Below are positions 18,538-30,093 of a DNA stretch of 64,000 nucleotides, piece by piece (the stretch's first letter is position 1; the number at the start of each line of letters is the position of its first letter). The DNA comes from Patescibacteria group bacterium. Its GTDB lineage: Bacteria; Patescibacteriota; UBA1384; JACPKC01. The notes below the pieces were generated by a model. The model had not been told where the DNA came from, ran no database searches, and saw only the letters and a program-made list of their open reading frames with translations. The position numbers were made by a program, and so were the translations under genes. The DNA is taken from contig JBMNRW010000004.1 in the NCBI GenBank assembly GCA_050944875.1, forward strand, positions 1,304-65,303. The letters are read 5' to 3'.

Positions 18538-19704
18538 TCAACGCTTCTGTTGATGGTCGGTGATCAATTCGGCGAGGTGCGCGAACGAGAGGTCTTCGTA
18601 GTGCGGGGTAACCAGGCTCGCGAGCGCGAGTTCGTCTGTCGTATGAACCCCAACGTCCAATGCGACCGGCACCATCCCCGCTTCCTTCGCCGCCAGGAGC
18701 CCACCGGGTGAGTCTTCGAACACAATGCACCGCTCTGGCGGCACGCCGAGCCGACGCGCTGCCTCTAAGAACATATCTGGTGCCGGCTTTGGAAGCTGAA
18801 CGTCCTCAATACCGACGAGTGCCGACATTCGCTCACGGATTCGCAGCCGGTCGAGCACCTGACGCGCCCGAAGAACGGGTGAGTTCGTACCAACCGCATT
18901 GCCCACACCTTGTCCTTCGAGTGACGCGAGGAATGCTGGAATCGCTTGGTACGGCAGAACACCAACGCGATCATGTACCTCTGATTCAATTTCGTTCACT
19001 AGCTCAGCAAAACGGTCGTGGTCAATACTTATCCCGATACCCTGAGAGACTAGTTCACAAAACCCGCGTAACGAGCGACCGACGTAGGCGGAGAGCAACG
19101 CCTCCGGCGGCCGAATGCCACTGAGGCGGTACGTCGCCTCTTCAAACACTGGCAGCAGGTGGAGCTTCGATGGGAAGAGCGTATCGTCCATATTCCAGAT
19201 CACAGCAAACGGCGCGTGCTTGAGCGCTTCGCGTCGCTCGAGGATGTGGCGGAACTCCGGCTGGAGGTGCGTCGCCGGATCAAGGAGCTCTTCGGGGTGT
19301 TTCCAGGCGATCTCCGATACCTCGCGCGGGTTGAGTTCGAAGTCGAAAACGGGGTTGCGAACCGTCGCCGTATAGCACTGGATCCAGCTGGCCCGCGCGT
19401 CCGGCGCACCCGGGTAGTGGAGCTCAAGGCCGCGCTGCACATCGCCCGGCGGACGGACGCCGATTTCCTCCTCTGTCTCGCGAACGAGCGTCGTTTGGTC
19501 GCTCTCACCCTCGTACTGGTGGCCGCCAGCACTCACCGTCCACGAGCCGTTGTGCCGCTCGCCAGCGCGCCGCTGGCAGAGCAGTTCACCGCGCTCGTTC
19601 TCGATCATGAGCGCAACGATACGGGGGAGCGGTGCTCGCTCCCCCTCCCGCCGTTCTGGTGTGCGTTGCGCCTCGAACCCCCGCGGCGCCGGCTCGAACT
19701 CCAT
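18538..19704 (-). CDS. Bifunctional-looking fusion: N-terminal NUDIX hydrolase, C-terminal HAD-superfamily hydrolase
   Basis: Nudix box GGHQYEGESDQTTLVRETEEEIGV; HAD motif I AVIWNMDDTLF and C-terminal IVFEDSPGGLLAAKEAG (motif IV-like). Confidence 0.7.
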   Translation of the reverse strand: MEFEPAPRGFEAQRTPERREGERAPLPRIVALMIENERGELLCQRRAGERHNGSWTVSAGGHQYEGESDQTTLVRETEEEIGVRPPGDVQRGLELHYPGAPDARASWIQCYTATVRNPVFDFELNPREVSEIAWKHPEELLDPATHLQPEFRHILERREALKHAPFAVIWNMDDTLFPSKLHLLPVFEEATYRLSGIRPPEALLSAYVGRSLRGFCELVSQGIGISIDHDRFAELVNEIESEVHDRVGVLPYQAIPAFLASLEGQGVGNAVGTNSPVLRARQVLDRLRIRERMSALVGIEDVQLPKPAPDMFLEAARRLGVPPERCIVFEDSPGGLLAAKEAGMVPVALDVGVHTTDELALASLVTPHYEDLSFAHLAELITDHQQKR

Positions 19705-19709
19705 ACGGA

Positions 19710-20126
19710 CTACGCGCGGTGGCGCATCTTCCGCCGCTCCGCCAGGCGGAGGCGGGCAATCGCGCGTTCAACCGCGGCGAGCGCTTCTGCCGTGTCGTGC
19801 TCGGTCGCCGCCGCCTCGCGCGCCCGAGTGGCACGGTCGAGCGCTTCCTGTGCCCTGCGCTCATCAACTTCCTCCTCGAGCTCAGCTGCGTCCGTCAGGA
19901 GCTTGACCTCGTTATTCGCGACCTCAACGAACCCGCCGTGGACCGCCATGTGGCGCCGCTCTGCTCCATGATGGAGTGCGACTTCACCGGACTGCAGGAG
20001 CGTCATGAGTGGCAGATGGTTCGGGAGCACCGTGAGCTCGCCGGTCACGCTCGGCAAGGTGAGGCCATCTGCCTCGCCTTCAAACACGATCCGCTCCGGC
20101 GTAATGATCCGCACGAGGAGTGGCAT
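19710..20126 (-). CDS. atpC: F0F1 ATP synthase subunit epsilon
   Basis: 138 aa; ITPERIVFEGEADGLTLPSVTGELTVLPNHLPLMTLL. Confidence 0.85.
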   Translation of the reverse strand: MPLLVRIITPERIVFEGEADGLTLPSVTGELTVLPNHLPLMTLLQSGEVALHHGAERRHMAVHGGFVEVANNEVKLLTDAAELEEEVDERRAQEALDRATRAREAAATEHDTAEALAAVERAIARLRLAERRKMRHRA

Positions 20127-22392
<2,266 letters not shown>

Positions 22393-22398
22393 CGCTAG

Positions 22399-23937
22399 CT
22401 ACTTCGCCTGCTCGTCAATCCAGGCCGTCGCCTTGAAGTCGTCGATGACGCGCTTCAGGTCGTCCTCGATCGCGTCGAGCTTCGGGTTCCCTGCGAACTG
22501 CTCGCGGACTGCGTCGAACTTCAACCGGAAGTGCTCGAGTAGCCGGTCAGAAAACTCCGTCACCCGCTCGACCGCGATATCATCGAGGTAACCGTTGTTC
22601 ACCGCGTAGAACGAGAGCACCTGGTCGGCAACCGCCATCGGGGAGAACTGCGCCTGCTTCAGGAGCTCGGTGACACGCTTGCCGCGCTCGAGCTGCTTGC
22701 GGGTCGCCTCGTCGAGGTCGCTCCCGAACTGCGCGAAGCTCTCGAGCTCGCGGTACTGCGCGAGGTCGAGGCGCACCTGGCCGGCCACCTTCTTCATCGC
22801 CTTCGTCTGTGCCGAGCCGCCGACGCGCGAGACCGAAAGACCGACGTTCAGCGCCGGGCGGATGCCGCGGTAGAACAGGTCGGACTCAAGGAAGATCTGT
22901 CCGTCCGTGATTGAGATGACGTTCGTCGGAATGTAGGCTGACACGTCGCCAGCTTGCGTCTCGATGATCGGGAGTGCGGTCAATGAGCCGCCGCCATGGT
23001 CGGCGTTCAGGCGCGCTGCCCGTTCGAGTAGGCGCGAGTGGAGGTAGAAGACGTCACCCGGGTACGCCTCGCGTCCCGGCGGGCGTCGCAGGAGAAGCGA
23101 CATCTCGCGGTACGCCCATGCGTGCTTAGAGAGATCGTCGTACACGATGAGCGCGTCGCGCCCGTTGTCGCGGAAGAACTCACCCATCGCAGCGCCGGCG
23201 TACGGCGCGAGGTACTGCATCGGCGCCGGGTCAGAGGCGCCAGCGGCGACGATGATTGTGTGCTCCATCGCGCCGTTGTCCTCGAGGACCTGCTTAAGGC
23301 GCGCGATCTTCGACTCTTTCTGGCCGATCGCGACGTAGATACAGATGACGCCGGTCCCCTTCTGATTCAGGATGGTGTCAATCGCGACCGCCGTCTTCCC
23401 GGTACCACGGTCACCGATGATGAGCTCGCGCTGGCCGCGGCCGACCGGGATGAGGCCGTCGATTGCCTTCAAGCCAGTCTGGAGCGGCGTGTCGACAGAC
23501 TGCCGGGTAATGACACCCGGGGCGATCTTCTCGACGAGGCCAGTCTTCGAGGTACCGAGCGGCCCCTTGTCGTCGATCGGGAGACCGAGTGGGTTCACGA
23601 CGCGGCCAACGAGCTCCTCGCCAACCGGCACTTCAAGGACAGCGCCAGTTCCCTTGACCGTGTCGCCTTCGGCAACCTCGGTATAGTCGCCGAGGATAAC
23701 GGCGCCGATCGTCGTCTCCTCGAGGTTCAGGGCAAGCGCAGCAACCGTGTCGCCGCCCTGGGTCTGGATTTCGAGCTTCTCCATCGACTGGACGTCGTCG
23801 AGGCCGGCGACCCGGGCAATGCCGTCACCGACTTCGAGGACTGTCCCGGTCCGAGCGCTCGCACTCGCGGGGGCGTACCCCTCGATGCGACGTCGGAGCG
23901 TCTCGACAATCGTCGTCGCGTCTTTCTCTGTGGCCAT
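22399..23937 (-). CDS. atpA: F0F1 ATP synthase subunit alpha
   Basis: [15 protein letters not shown] Walker A; 512 aa. Confidence 0.95.
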   Translation of the reverse strand: MATEKDATTIVETLRRRIEGYAPASASARTGTVLEVGDGIARVAGLDDVQSMEKLEIQTQGGDTVAALALNLEETTIGAVILGDYTEVAEGDTVKGTGAVLEVPVGEELVGRVVNPLGLPIDDKGPLGTSKTGLVEKIAPGVITRQSVDTPLQTGLKAIDGLIPVGRGQRELIIGDRGTGKTAVAIDTILNQKGTGVICIYVAIGQKESKIARLKQVLEDNGAMEHTIIVAAGASDPAPMQYLAPYAGAAMGEFFRDNGRDALIVYDDLSKHAWAYREMSLLLRRPPGREAYPGDVFYLHSRLLERAARLNADHGGGSLTALPIIETQAGDVSAYIPTNVISITDGQIFLESDLFYRGIRPALNVGLSVSRVGGSAQTKAMKKVAGQVRLDLAQYRELESFAQFGSDLDEATRKQLERGKRVTELLKQAQFSPMAVADQVLSFYAVNNGYLDDIAVERVTEFSDRLLEHFRLKFDAVREQFAGNPKLDAIEDDLKRVIDDFKATAWIDEQAK

Positions 23938-23951
23938 GTGTCTCCTTCTCC

Positions 23952-24437
23952 CTACGCTGTCGTGAGCGCTTGGCGGAGCGCTTGGGCGCGCGCCGCGAGC
24001 GAGTGGTCGACGGTTACGCCGCCAATAGTGATTCTCATCCCTCCGCCGATCCGCGCATCCTCACGGAACTCGGCGACCGCACGCTCGCCGAACGGGGCGA
24101 AGACAGCCTGCCGCTCAGCAACGCTGAGCGGCAGCGCAGTAACGACGCGGACCGCCGTCCCTACTCCGTCGTGCGCAGCTGCCGTGAGTGCGAGCGACGC
24201 GATCTCAGGGAGCTTCGCGAGGACGCGATCTTCCGCAAGAACGCCAAGGAAGCGAGCAATGGACACCGGCAGCGCGAACGCACTGACGAGGGTGTCTGCC
24301 CCGCCAGATGCGGCAACTCGACGCAGCGTCCGGGCAGCGCGCTTGTCCTCGAAGGCCATGAGCCAGCCGAGCTGTTCCGTCACCAGCATTTCAGCGGTCG
24401 TGGCGAGGTACGCCTTCGCGTACGCCGAAAGGTTCAT
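23952..24437 (-). CDS. atpH: F0F1 ATP synthase subunit delta (OSCP)
   Basis: 161 aa, position between the b and alpha subunits; helical OSCP-like. Confidence 0.75.
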   Translation of the reverse strand: MNLSAYAKAYLATTAEMLVTEQLGWLMAFEDKRAARTLRRVAASGGADTLVSAFALPVSIARFLGVLAEDRVLAKLPEIASLALTAAAHDGVGTAVRVVTALPLSVAERQAVFAPFGERAVAEFREDARIGGGMRITIGGVTVDHSLAARAQALRQALTTA

Positions 24438-25045
24438 ACGAGCGTCTCCTTCGCGCGCTCGACCGCACTGCGAACCGAGGCTGCATCGTAGCGTGCTGAT
24501 TCGCCCGCGAGCTTCTCCGCTGCAACAGCGACGAGCTCGCCGACGCGTGTCTCAACGTCCGTCAACAGCGCGGTCCGCTCCGCGTCGAGCTGCGCGCGCG
24601 TCCGCTCAAGGAGTGCTGCCGCTTCAGCGCTCGTCGTCGCCTTTACCTCGGCGGCGAGCTTATCCGCAGACTGTCGCGCCTGAGTAACGATCTCCTGCGC
24701 CTCTGCGCGAGCGCTACGAAGGAGTTCGGTAGTCTTCGCCTCGGCGTCTTTCGCCGCCCGCTCGCTCGCCTCTGCAGCGGCGACGCCTCGCTCAATCTTC
24801 TCGCGCCTGCCGTTGAGCATCGCGAGCATCGGGCGGTAGAGCGCCCACCTGAGGAGCGCGAAGAGAATGAGGAAGTTTACCGCCTGTACGAGGAGGAAGG
24901 CCGGGTCGACGCCGAGCACCGCCAAGCCGGACGGCTGGGCCGTTTCTTCCTGGACGACAGTTTCCTCGGTTAGCCCTTGGCGGACTGCCGGCTCACTTGT
25001 GCGCGCCGGTGTTGCCGCCAGTACTTCGATTCGAGCGAGTTGCAC
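24434..25045 (-). CDS. atpF: F0F1 ATP synthase subunit b
   Basis: Single TM helix then long Ala/Glu/Arg-rich helix; operon position. Confidence 0.75.
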   Translation of the reverse strand: MQLARIEVLAATPARTSEPAVRQGLTEETVVQEETAQPSGLAVLGVDPAFLLVQAVNFLILFALLRWALYRPMLAMLNGRREKIERGVAAAEASERAAKDAEAKTTELLRSARAEAQEIVTQARQSADKLAAEVKATTSAEAAALLERTRAQLDAERTALLTDVETRVGELVAVAAEKLAGESARYDAASVRSAVERAKETLV

Positions 25046-25077
25046 TGGAACTCCTCCGACCTACAGTCGGCTAGTAC

Positions 25078-25305
25078 TTAGACGAACTTCAGGATGAGCG
25101 CGACGACGAGCGCGTAAATGGCGATCGCTTCCGCGAACGCGAGCGGGAGTACCATTGCACCCTGCACCTTGCCAGCTGCTTCCGGGTTGCGACCGATCGC
25201 CTCCATGCTCTTCGAGCCGATCCAGCCGATCGAGATTGCCGGGGTAATAGTGCCGAGGGCGATGGCGATCGCCGGCGCGAGAAGCTTTACTGACTCTGCG
25301 TCCAT
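25078..25305 (-). CDS. atpE: F0F1 ATP synthase subunit c
   Basis: Hairpin of two TM helices with GRNPEAAGK...[17 protein letters not shown]; start at the internal Met. Confidence 0.85.
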   Translation of the reverse strand: MDAESVKLLAPAIAIALGTITPAISIGWIGSKSMEAIGRNPEAAGKVQGAMVLPLAFAEAIAIYALVVALILKFV

Positions 25306-25383
25306 ATAGGACTCCTTTCTATTGGTTGCTGACTCGTGTCGAGCGGCAACTCGGCCGCCCCGCACCAGGCAGAAACGCATACG

Positions 25384-26145
25384 CTAGCGATGCGCCTCCT
25401 CGGCGTGTAAGTCGGTCGTCGCGGCTGCCATAAACGAAAGTGTGAGCATCATAAAGACAAGTGCCTGCACAAAGCCAACAAAAAGCTCGAGCGCATAGAA
25501 CGGTACAGGCGCGACGTAGGGCACGAGATAGCTAATAACGATGAGGAGCACTTCGCCCGCAAAGATGTTGCCAAAGAGTCGAAACGTAAACGAGATGACG
25601 CGCGAGAACTCGCCAAGAACGTGGAGAAGGCCGACAAAGCAGTCGATAAGCCCGTCGAACGAAGGTCGAAATGAGAGATAGTGGCCAAAATGCCGGACAA
25701 AGCCGAGCGTCATAATGCCCATGATCTGCGTGCCCAGTACAGAAATGAGCGCAAGGGCGAGTGGCGTATTGAGGTCGGTGTTCGCGCTCCGGAAAAGCGG
25801 GGAGGGTCCGTGGCTCGTCTCGATCGTCAATCCGCCGAGAACACCAGGAATAAGCTCGAGCCAGTTCGCAATAAGGATAAAGAGAAAGAACGTCGCGAGG
25901 AACGGGAGGAACTGCTCGGCTTTCTTCCGACTCTGCGTCACCTGTTCGATGAGCCCGAGAAGTGCTTCGAGGATTCCCTCGAACACGTTCTGAAGCCCCT
26001 GCGGAATGAGCGCCATCTGGCGCGTCGCCAGAAACGCAAAGCTACCAATGAGCGCCATCACAATCCACGTCGTCAAGATGGTGTTCGTCACCGGGATCGG
26101 TCCCAGGTTGAAGAGCACAGAGCTCGCTAGGTGAATTTCAGGCAT
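25384..26145 (-). CDS. atpB: F0F1 ATP synthase subunit a
   Basis: 253 aa polytopic; ...RLFGNIFAGE... conserved-Arg region. Confidence 0.88.
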   Translation of the reverse strand: MPEIHLASSVLFNLGPIPVTNTILTTWIVMALIGSFAFLATRQMALIPQGLQNVFEGILEALLGLIEQVTQSRKKAEQFLPFLATFFLFILIANWLELIPGVLGGLTIETSHGPSPLFRSANTDLNTPLALALISVLGTQIMGIMTLGFVRHFGHYLSFRPSFDGLIDCFVGLLHVLGEFSRVISFTFRLFGNIFAGEVLLIVISYLVPYVAPVPFYALELFVGFVQALVFMMLTLSFMAAATTDLHAEEAHR

Positions 26146-26148
26146 ATC

Positions 26149-26376
26149 CTACTTCCTTGATTCGCTGTCCTGCAGTGCGATGAGTTGCCTCTGGAGCCGC
26201 CAGACCATCCGGGCCGACGACGCGATGGCGATCGCGAGCCCTAAGAGGATGAAGAGCGGGCTTGTCCCCCACGCGCGGTCGAGGTACGCGCCGCCGAATC
26301 CGAAGACTGCGGCCGGGACCGCAATTATGAACCCAATTTGACTCGCCAGTGACAAAAGGAAAAGGACCCCGCGCAT
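26149..26376 (-). CDS. atpZ: AtpZ/AtpI-like small membrane protein preceding atpB
   Basis: About 76 aa, two TM helices; start set at MRGVLFLL. Confidence 0.55.
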   Translation of the reverse strand: MRGVLFLLSLASQIGFIIAVPAAVFGFGGAYLDRAWGTSPLFILLGLAIAIASSARMVWRLQRQLIALQDSESRK

Positions 26377-26696
26377 TCCGTCCTTTCGCGGTAACACTAT
26401 AGGTACTTCTCCTGTTCGGTCAAGGGAGGATGTATTGACCACAAGGAGACAAAACGCGCCCGACATACCCGAATGCCGCTGCCCATCATTGCGCTGCATC
26501 CCTCTCGTACTGCGCGAGAAAGATGTCAAGCTGTAAACGACGCAGCACGAGGCACTCGCGCAAAATCGCTCAGAAGAATCTCAAAATGTACTTCCTGGAA
26601 ACACCAAGGCATTGTACGCCGGGATACTGAAATTAGAAGCTGGTCAGTGCTTGCAGATCCTCGGAGAAATTGCTATCGTCACTCCGTACAAATTAT

Positions 26697-26772
26697 GGGC
26701 CCGTAGTGTAGTGGTTATCACGCCTCCCTGTCACGGAGGAGATCGCCGGTTCGAGTCCGGTCGGGCCCGCCA
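26697..26772 (+). tRNA. tRNA-Asp (anticodon GTC), CCA encoded
   Basis: Acceptor gggcccg/cgggccc, anticodon arm cctcc-ctgtcac-ggagg, T-loop ttcgagt. Confidence 0.85.
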
Positions 26773-26810
26773 GATATAAAACACTCACCATTGGTGAGTG
26801 TTTTATATCT
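26772..26810 (+). terminator. Perfect 18-bp hairpin (agatataaaacactcacc / att / ggtgagtgttttatatct) immediately after tRNA-Asp
   Basis: Read directly; the U-run lies inside the 3' arm rather than after it. Confidence 0.55.
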
Positions 26811-26820
26811 GTGTGAGCAC

Positions 26821-26998
26821 TAAGCGGACTCGAACGGAAAGGGGGCCGGTGAAACGACGGGGAGTTTCCCTGCTTCTAGGTGACCGAAGCGAAGCGAGGA
26901 CAAGAGGGCCGACGGCCCTATTGAGCACAGACGAAGCCGAGCAGTAAGATGTCTGGTCGGGCCAGCCACGTAATTAACAGGCTTAGAGCCTGTTAATT
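26821..26998 (+). ncRNA. Candidate small RNA or structured intergenic element (GC-rich, ends in a 12-bp perfect hairpin aattaacaggct/agcctgttaatt at 26972-26998)
   Basis: No ORF; local similarity to RNA motifs (ggactcgaacgg like the tmRNA 5' element; gaccgaagcgaagc reminiscent of the SRP RNA domain IV core) but no complete match. Confidence 0.25.
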
Positions 26999-27012
26999 TG
27001 ATGGGTATGACC

Positions 27013-27041
27013 CTGACAAATACCCCATTCTATGATACTAT
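27013..27041 (+). promoter_or_regulatory. Promoter cTGACA-N17-TACTAT (P3) for the 27250 gene
   Basis: ctgaca at 27013-27018, tactat at 27036-27041. Confidence 0.5.
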
Positions 27042-27046
27042 TTGGC

Positions 27047-27249
27047 GTTTCGAAATTGAGGTAGTTTTTACCCATTTCGAAACCCTTTACAAAACAGAGT
27101 CAGTTCCACCTTGAGCATCGTTCAGCGATATTTTGTGGTGGAACTGACGTCAAGGCAAATGCTCTTTGGAGCTTGTGCTCCACCCCTCAGTTCCTCCAAT
27201 CGCCCATGACACTCAGTGTTATGGAGCTTAGGAAGGGGGGCATCGTTCT
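27047..27249 (+). promoter_or_regulatory. About 200-nt structured 5' leader (tttcgaaa repeats; 12-bp stem gtcagttccacc...ggtggaactgac at 27099-27148; small hairpin ggagcttgtgctcc)
   Basis: Read directly; candidate riboregulator. Confidence 0.4.
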
Positions 27250-28212
27250 ATGACGACGATGACCCAAGTAGCCAAACAAGCCGCGCGCCGCATCTGGTGC
27301 GCAATCTCCCGTGGGGTTAACCACCCCCAGGACTGCGCCCCGAGCGAGTGGCTCGTGGGTAAGATCGCCCAAGAGCGAAAGCCCAGCCGGGTCGCGGACG
27401 CGATCTGGCGGCTGTGGCAGCAGGTGGAGCGCACCTGCATGCTGCCGGGCTTCAGCCGACCGCTGGGGAGCTGCTACCACCCGAGAGTGGAACACCTCCT
27501 CGACATCGCCTACCACTACGGCGGGCAGGCCGGCGAGGCCTTCGGCCGCCTCAATCGGGCGGCGGCGATCCTGGCCACCACCCTCCGGGGTAAGTGGTCA
27601 TGGGTCGACGAGCGGGGCCGTTGCCAGCAGGAAGACAGGACGACGGGCATCGCGCTCGCGCCTGACCTCTGCTGGCAGTTGGCCGAGGCGATCCGGGCAG
27701 AAGCTGGGCCGGCCGTCGAGGCCATCGGTCCAGAATTCTTCCGACCCGGCTGGAACGAATATGTGGCGGCGGTGACGGCATTCCACGCCGAAACCGAGGC
27801 CAAGTTCGCCCCGCTCCTCGGCGCGGTTGCCGGGTTCGACAGGGAGCTCCTCGATCCGACCCGTCTCGCGCTCTGCGAGCGGATCGAAGAGGAGCCCGCC
27901 TGGGTCGGCGGAGCAGAGCGGACTGCCAGCAATGGTACCCGCTTCTACGAGCTCCTGACGGACGGGGAGACTCGGACTGTCAAGGAGGCTCCGACCGCGA
28001 GCCACCAGTTCGGGGAATATCACCCCGAGACTGGACCGGCCGAGGTGGTCGTCGCCGGCGGCACCTATATGGTGCAGCTGGTCGACGTTTGTTATCCCCG
28101 AGGTTGGCGCTGGGAGGTCGGCCAGGTCCTGGTCACCCCCAACGCCGATCCGGAGAAGCTGGCCAAGGCCCTGAAGCGCCTGGACGGCAGCTTCGGCCAC
28201 GGCTGGCACTAA
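27250..28212 (+). CDS. Hypothetical protein, 320 aa, Cys/Trp/His-rich, no recognisable domain
   Basis: Long ORF with genome-typical codon usage, own promoter and terminator. Confidence 0.55.
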   Translation: MTTMTQVAKQAARRIWCAISRGVNHPQDCAPSEWLVGKIAQERKPSRVADAIWRLWQQVERTCMLPGFSRPLGSCYHPRVEHLLDIAYHYGGQAGEAFGRLNRAAAILATTLRGKWSWVDERGRCQQEDRTTGIALAPDLCWQLAEAIRAEAGPAVEAIGPEFFRPGWNEYVAAVTAFHAETEAKFAPLLGAVAGFDRELLDPTRLALCERIEEEPAWVGGAERTASNGTRFYELLTDGETRTVKEAPTASHQFGEYHPETGPAEVVVAGGTYMVQLVDVCYPRGWRWEVGQVLVTPNADPEKLAKALKRLDGSFGHGWH

Positions 28213-28216
28213 GTAA

Positions 28217-28248
28217 GCGGCGGGCTAATACCCCGCCGTTCTTTTTAT
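28217..28248 (+). terminator. Rho-independent terminator (cggcggg / cccgccg, ttcttttta)
   Basis: Read directly. Confidence 0.7.
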
Positions 28249-28286
28249 CCCAAAAAAAATCAGAAAATTGACTTAACACATCTAAA

Positions 28287-28919
28287 TTGATGAATTTTCA
28301 ACGCTACGAGGCACTCAGCGTGTGCAATACTAGTATGCCTAACCAAATTCTTGCGACGCTCAGTAAGCCGCTTGAGTACTACCGGCGCTGGCAGTATCGC
28401 AATACCGCACTCCTCGTCGGCAGCATTGCCGTATTTGCACTCCTTGCCGGCACGCCAGCGGCACGCACGGCGCTCGAGCTCACCAGCTCATTCGGCTACC
28501 TGGGCGCGTTCATCGCTGGCGCATTCTTCGTCTCTGTCTTTACCATCGCCCCTGCCAGCCTCATCCTTTTTCAAATTGCCGAGACACACAACCACTTCCA
28601 CGTCGCACTTGCAGCAGGACTCGGCGCCGTCCTCGGCGACTACGTTGTCCTCAGGCTATTCACCGACACGGTCTTCCGTGAGATCGCACCGATCTTCAAG
28701 GTACTCCATACCTCGCGCTTCGGCGCATTCTTTCGCACACCCTACTTTGCCTGGCTCATGCCATTCATCGGCGCATTCATTATCGCCTCGCCACTACCGG
28801 ACGAACTCGGCGTTGGCGTCCTGGGTCTTACCTATCTGTCGCGTTGGCAGTTCCTCCTCGTGGCATTTGTCCTCAATGCCGTCGGAATTTTCTTCATCAT
28901 TACCGCCGCACGACTATAA
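28287..28919 (+). CDS. Polytopic membrane protein (DedA/YqaA-like?)
   Basis: 210 aa, 5-6 hydrophobic helices; family assignment weak. Confidence 0.45.
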   Translation: MMNFQRYEALSVCNTSMPNQILATLSKPLEYYRRWQYRNTALLVGSIAVFALLAGTPAARTALELTSSFGYLGAFIAGAFFVSVFTIAPASLILFQIAETHNHFHVALAAGLGAVLGDYVVLRLFTDTVFREIAPIFKVLHTSRFGAFFRTPYFAWLMPFIGAFIIASPLPDELGVGVLGLTYLSRWQFLLVAFVLNAVGIFFIITAARL

Positions 28920-29317
28920 CGCCTTCCCCGAGACAACCAGATGTGAGCTGCCACTGAACGCCCCAAACGATCCATTGCGAGCGTAGACATACGCAGGAAA
29001 ATCTCACGTTTCGGCGCCCATAAGCAGATGAGCAGATCAAATGTTTTGTATACTGCTCATTTTCTCTATCTCGATCCTACCGATTAACGTGCACGAAAAA
29101 GAAAGATGATACACATGGCACTCGGATGGCATAAGTAAGCATTGACGCACTACAAATACGAGCTCTGACAATGTCGCGAACAACCCGGAGCGCGTCCGGA
29201 ATGTAGAGCAGAAGATCGACGCGTTCTTCTTGCTCTCGATTGACATACAATAAATGGTGCGATATCCTTTCCGGTTCTGGTCTGCCGGAAACTAAGAAAG
29301 GGAGCGTTCTTTACCAA

Positions 29318-29881
29318 ATGAAAACGGTGCGACCGATCCAATGCTCACCCGTGGGAATTATATGCCTATACGGCGAATCGTCCCTGCGAACGACGATCGA
29401 AAGTACGGGATACGACGAGTACCTTCAAGGCTGCGCAGAGCAGATCATCCGTGAGGGCATTCGCACAGTTGTCCTCTGTGGCGGAAAACAAATTCATTCA
29501 GCGTGCTCGGATACGCGCTCGGTATGCCCGGCGCTCTGTCAGCACCTCACCCGTGCAGCGAAGACATCGCTCGACACCTACCGCATTGAGTTCGATGAGT
29601 CGAGTGTCAATATGCCGCAGAGCATCGCACACGGCCTGCGGTGGGTACAGATGTACGAGCCGTGGCGAAGAGAAATACACGTCTTCGTCGACAACGTGCG
29701 ATGGTTCCCGGGTTGGGTACTAACGCGCAACATCTGTAGCGGATACCGCACCCGTGTGCATAGTATTCCGCACCCCAACGCCTATTCCAGCAGCACACGT
29801 CGAGTGCAGATCTTGCGCGGATTGCACTACCTCATCTTCCCTCAGGCAATCGAGCTCGAGCTCGATGCCCCGACCGGATAA
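29318..29881 (+). CDS. Hypothetical protein, possibly YdcF/SanA-like (DUF218)
   Basis: SD GGGAG before MKTVRP; IICLYGESS...TVVLCGGKQ resembles DUF218 core motifs; preceded by a 400-nt AT-rich intergenic region. Confidence 0.35.
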   Translation: MKTVRPIQCSPVGIICLYGESSLRTTIESTGYDEYLQGCAEQIIREGIRTVVLCGGKQIHSACSDTRSVCPALCQHLTRAAKTSLDTYRIEFDESSVNMPQSIAHGLRWVQMYEPWRREIHVFVDNVRWFPGWVLTRNICSGYRTRVHSIPHPNAYSSSTRRVQILRGLHYLIFPQAIELELDAPTG

Positions 29882-30093
29882 CCCTTAAAGGACCTACGCC
29901 CAGCTGCGCAGGTCCTTTTGCATCGTGCTGGATGGTACAATTGCCCGGATTGTGCCGGAAAGATTCTCGAAGGCATAGGCTTGGTCGCCACAGACAAGCT
30001 CGTTAAGGTCGCCTCGATCAACTCCACGTCAAAGCAACTATGTTTGAACAAGGAAAGATCTCAGTCATTCACCCGAGATCCCCTTGACGAAGC

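Noticed and set aside
27047-27249. T-box riboswitch in the leader of the 27250 gene (GGTGGAAC resembles the T-box GGUGGUACC)
   Set aside because: The downstream gene is not an aminoacyl-tRNA synthetase or amino-acid gene. No specifier-loop or stem I architecture was seen, and the match is partial only.
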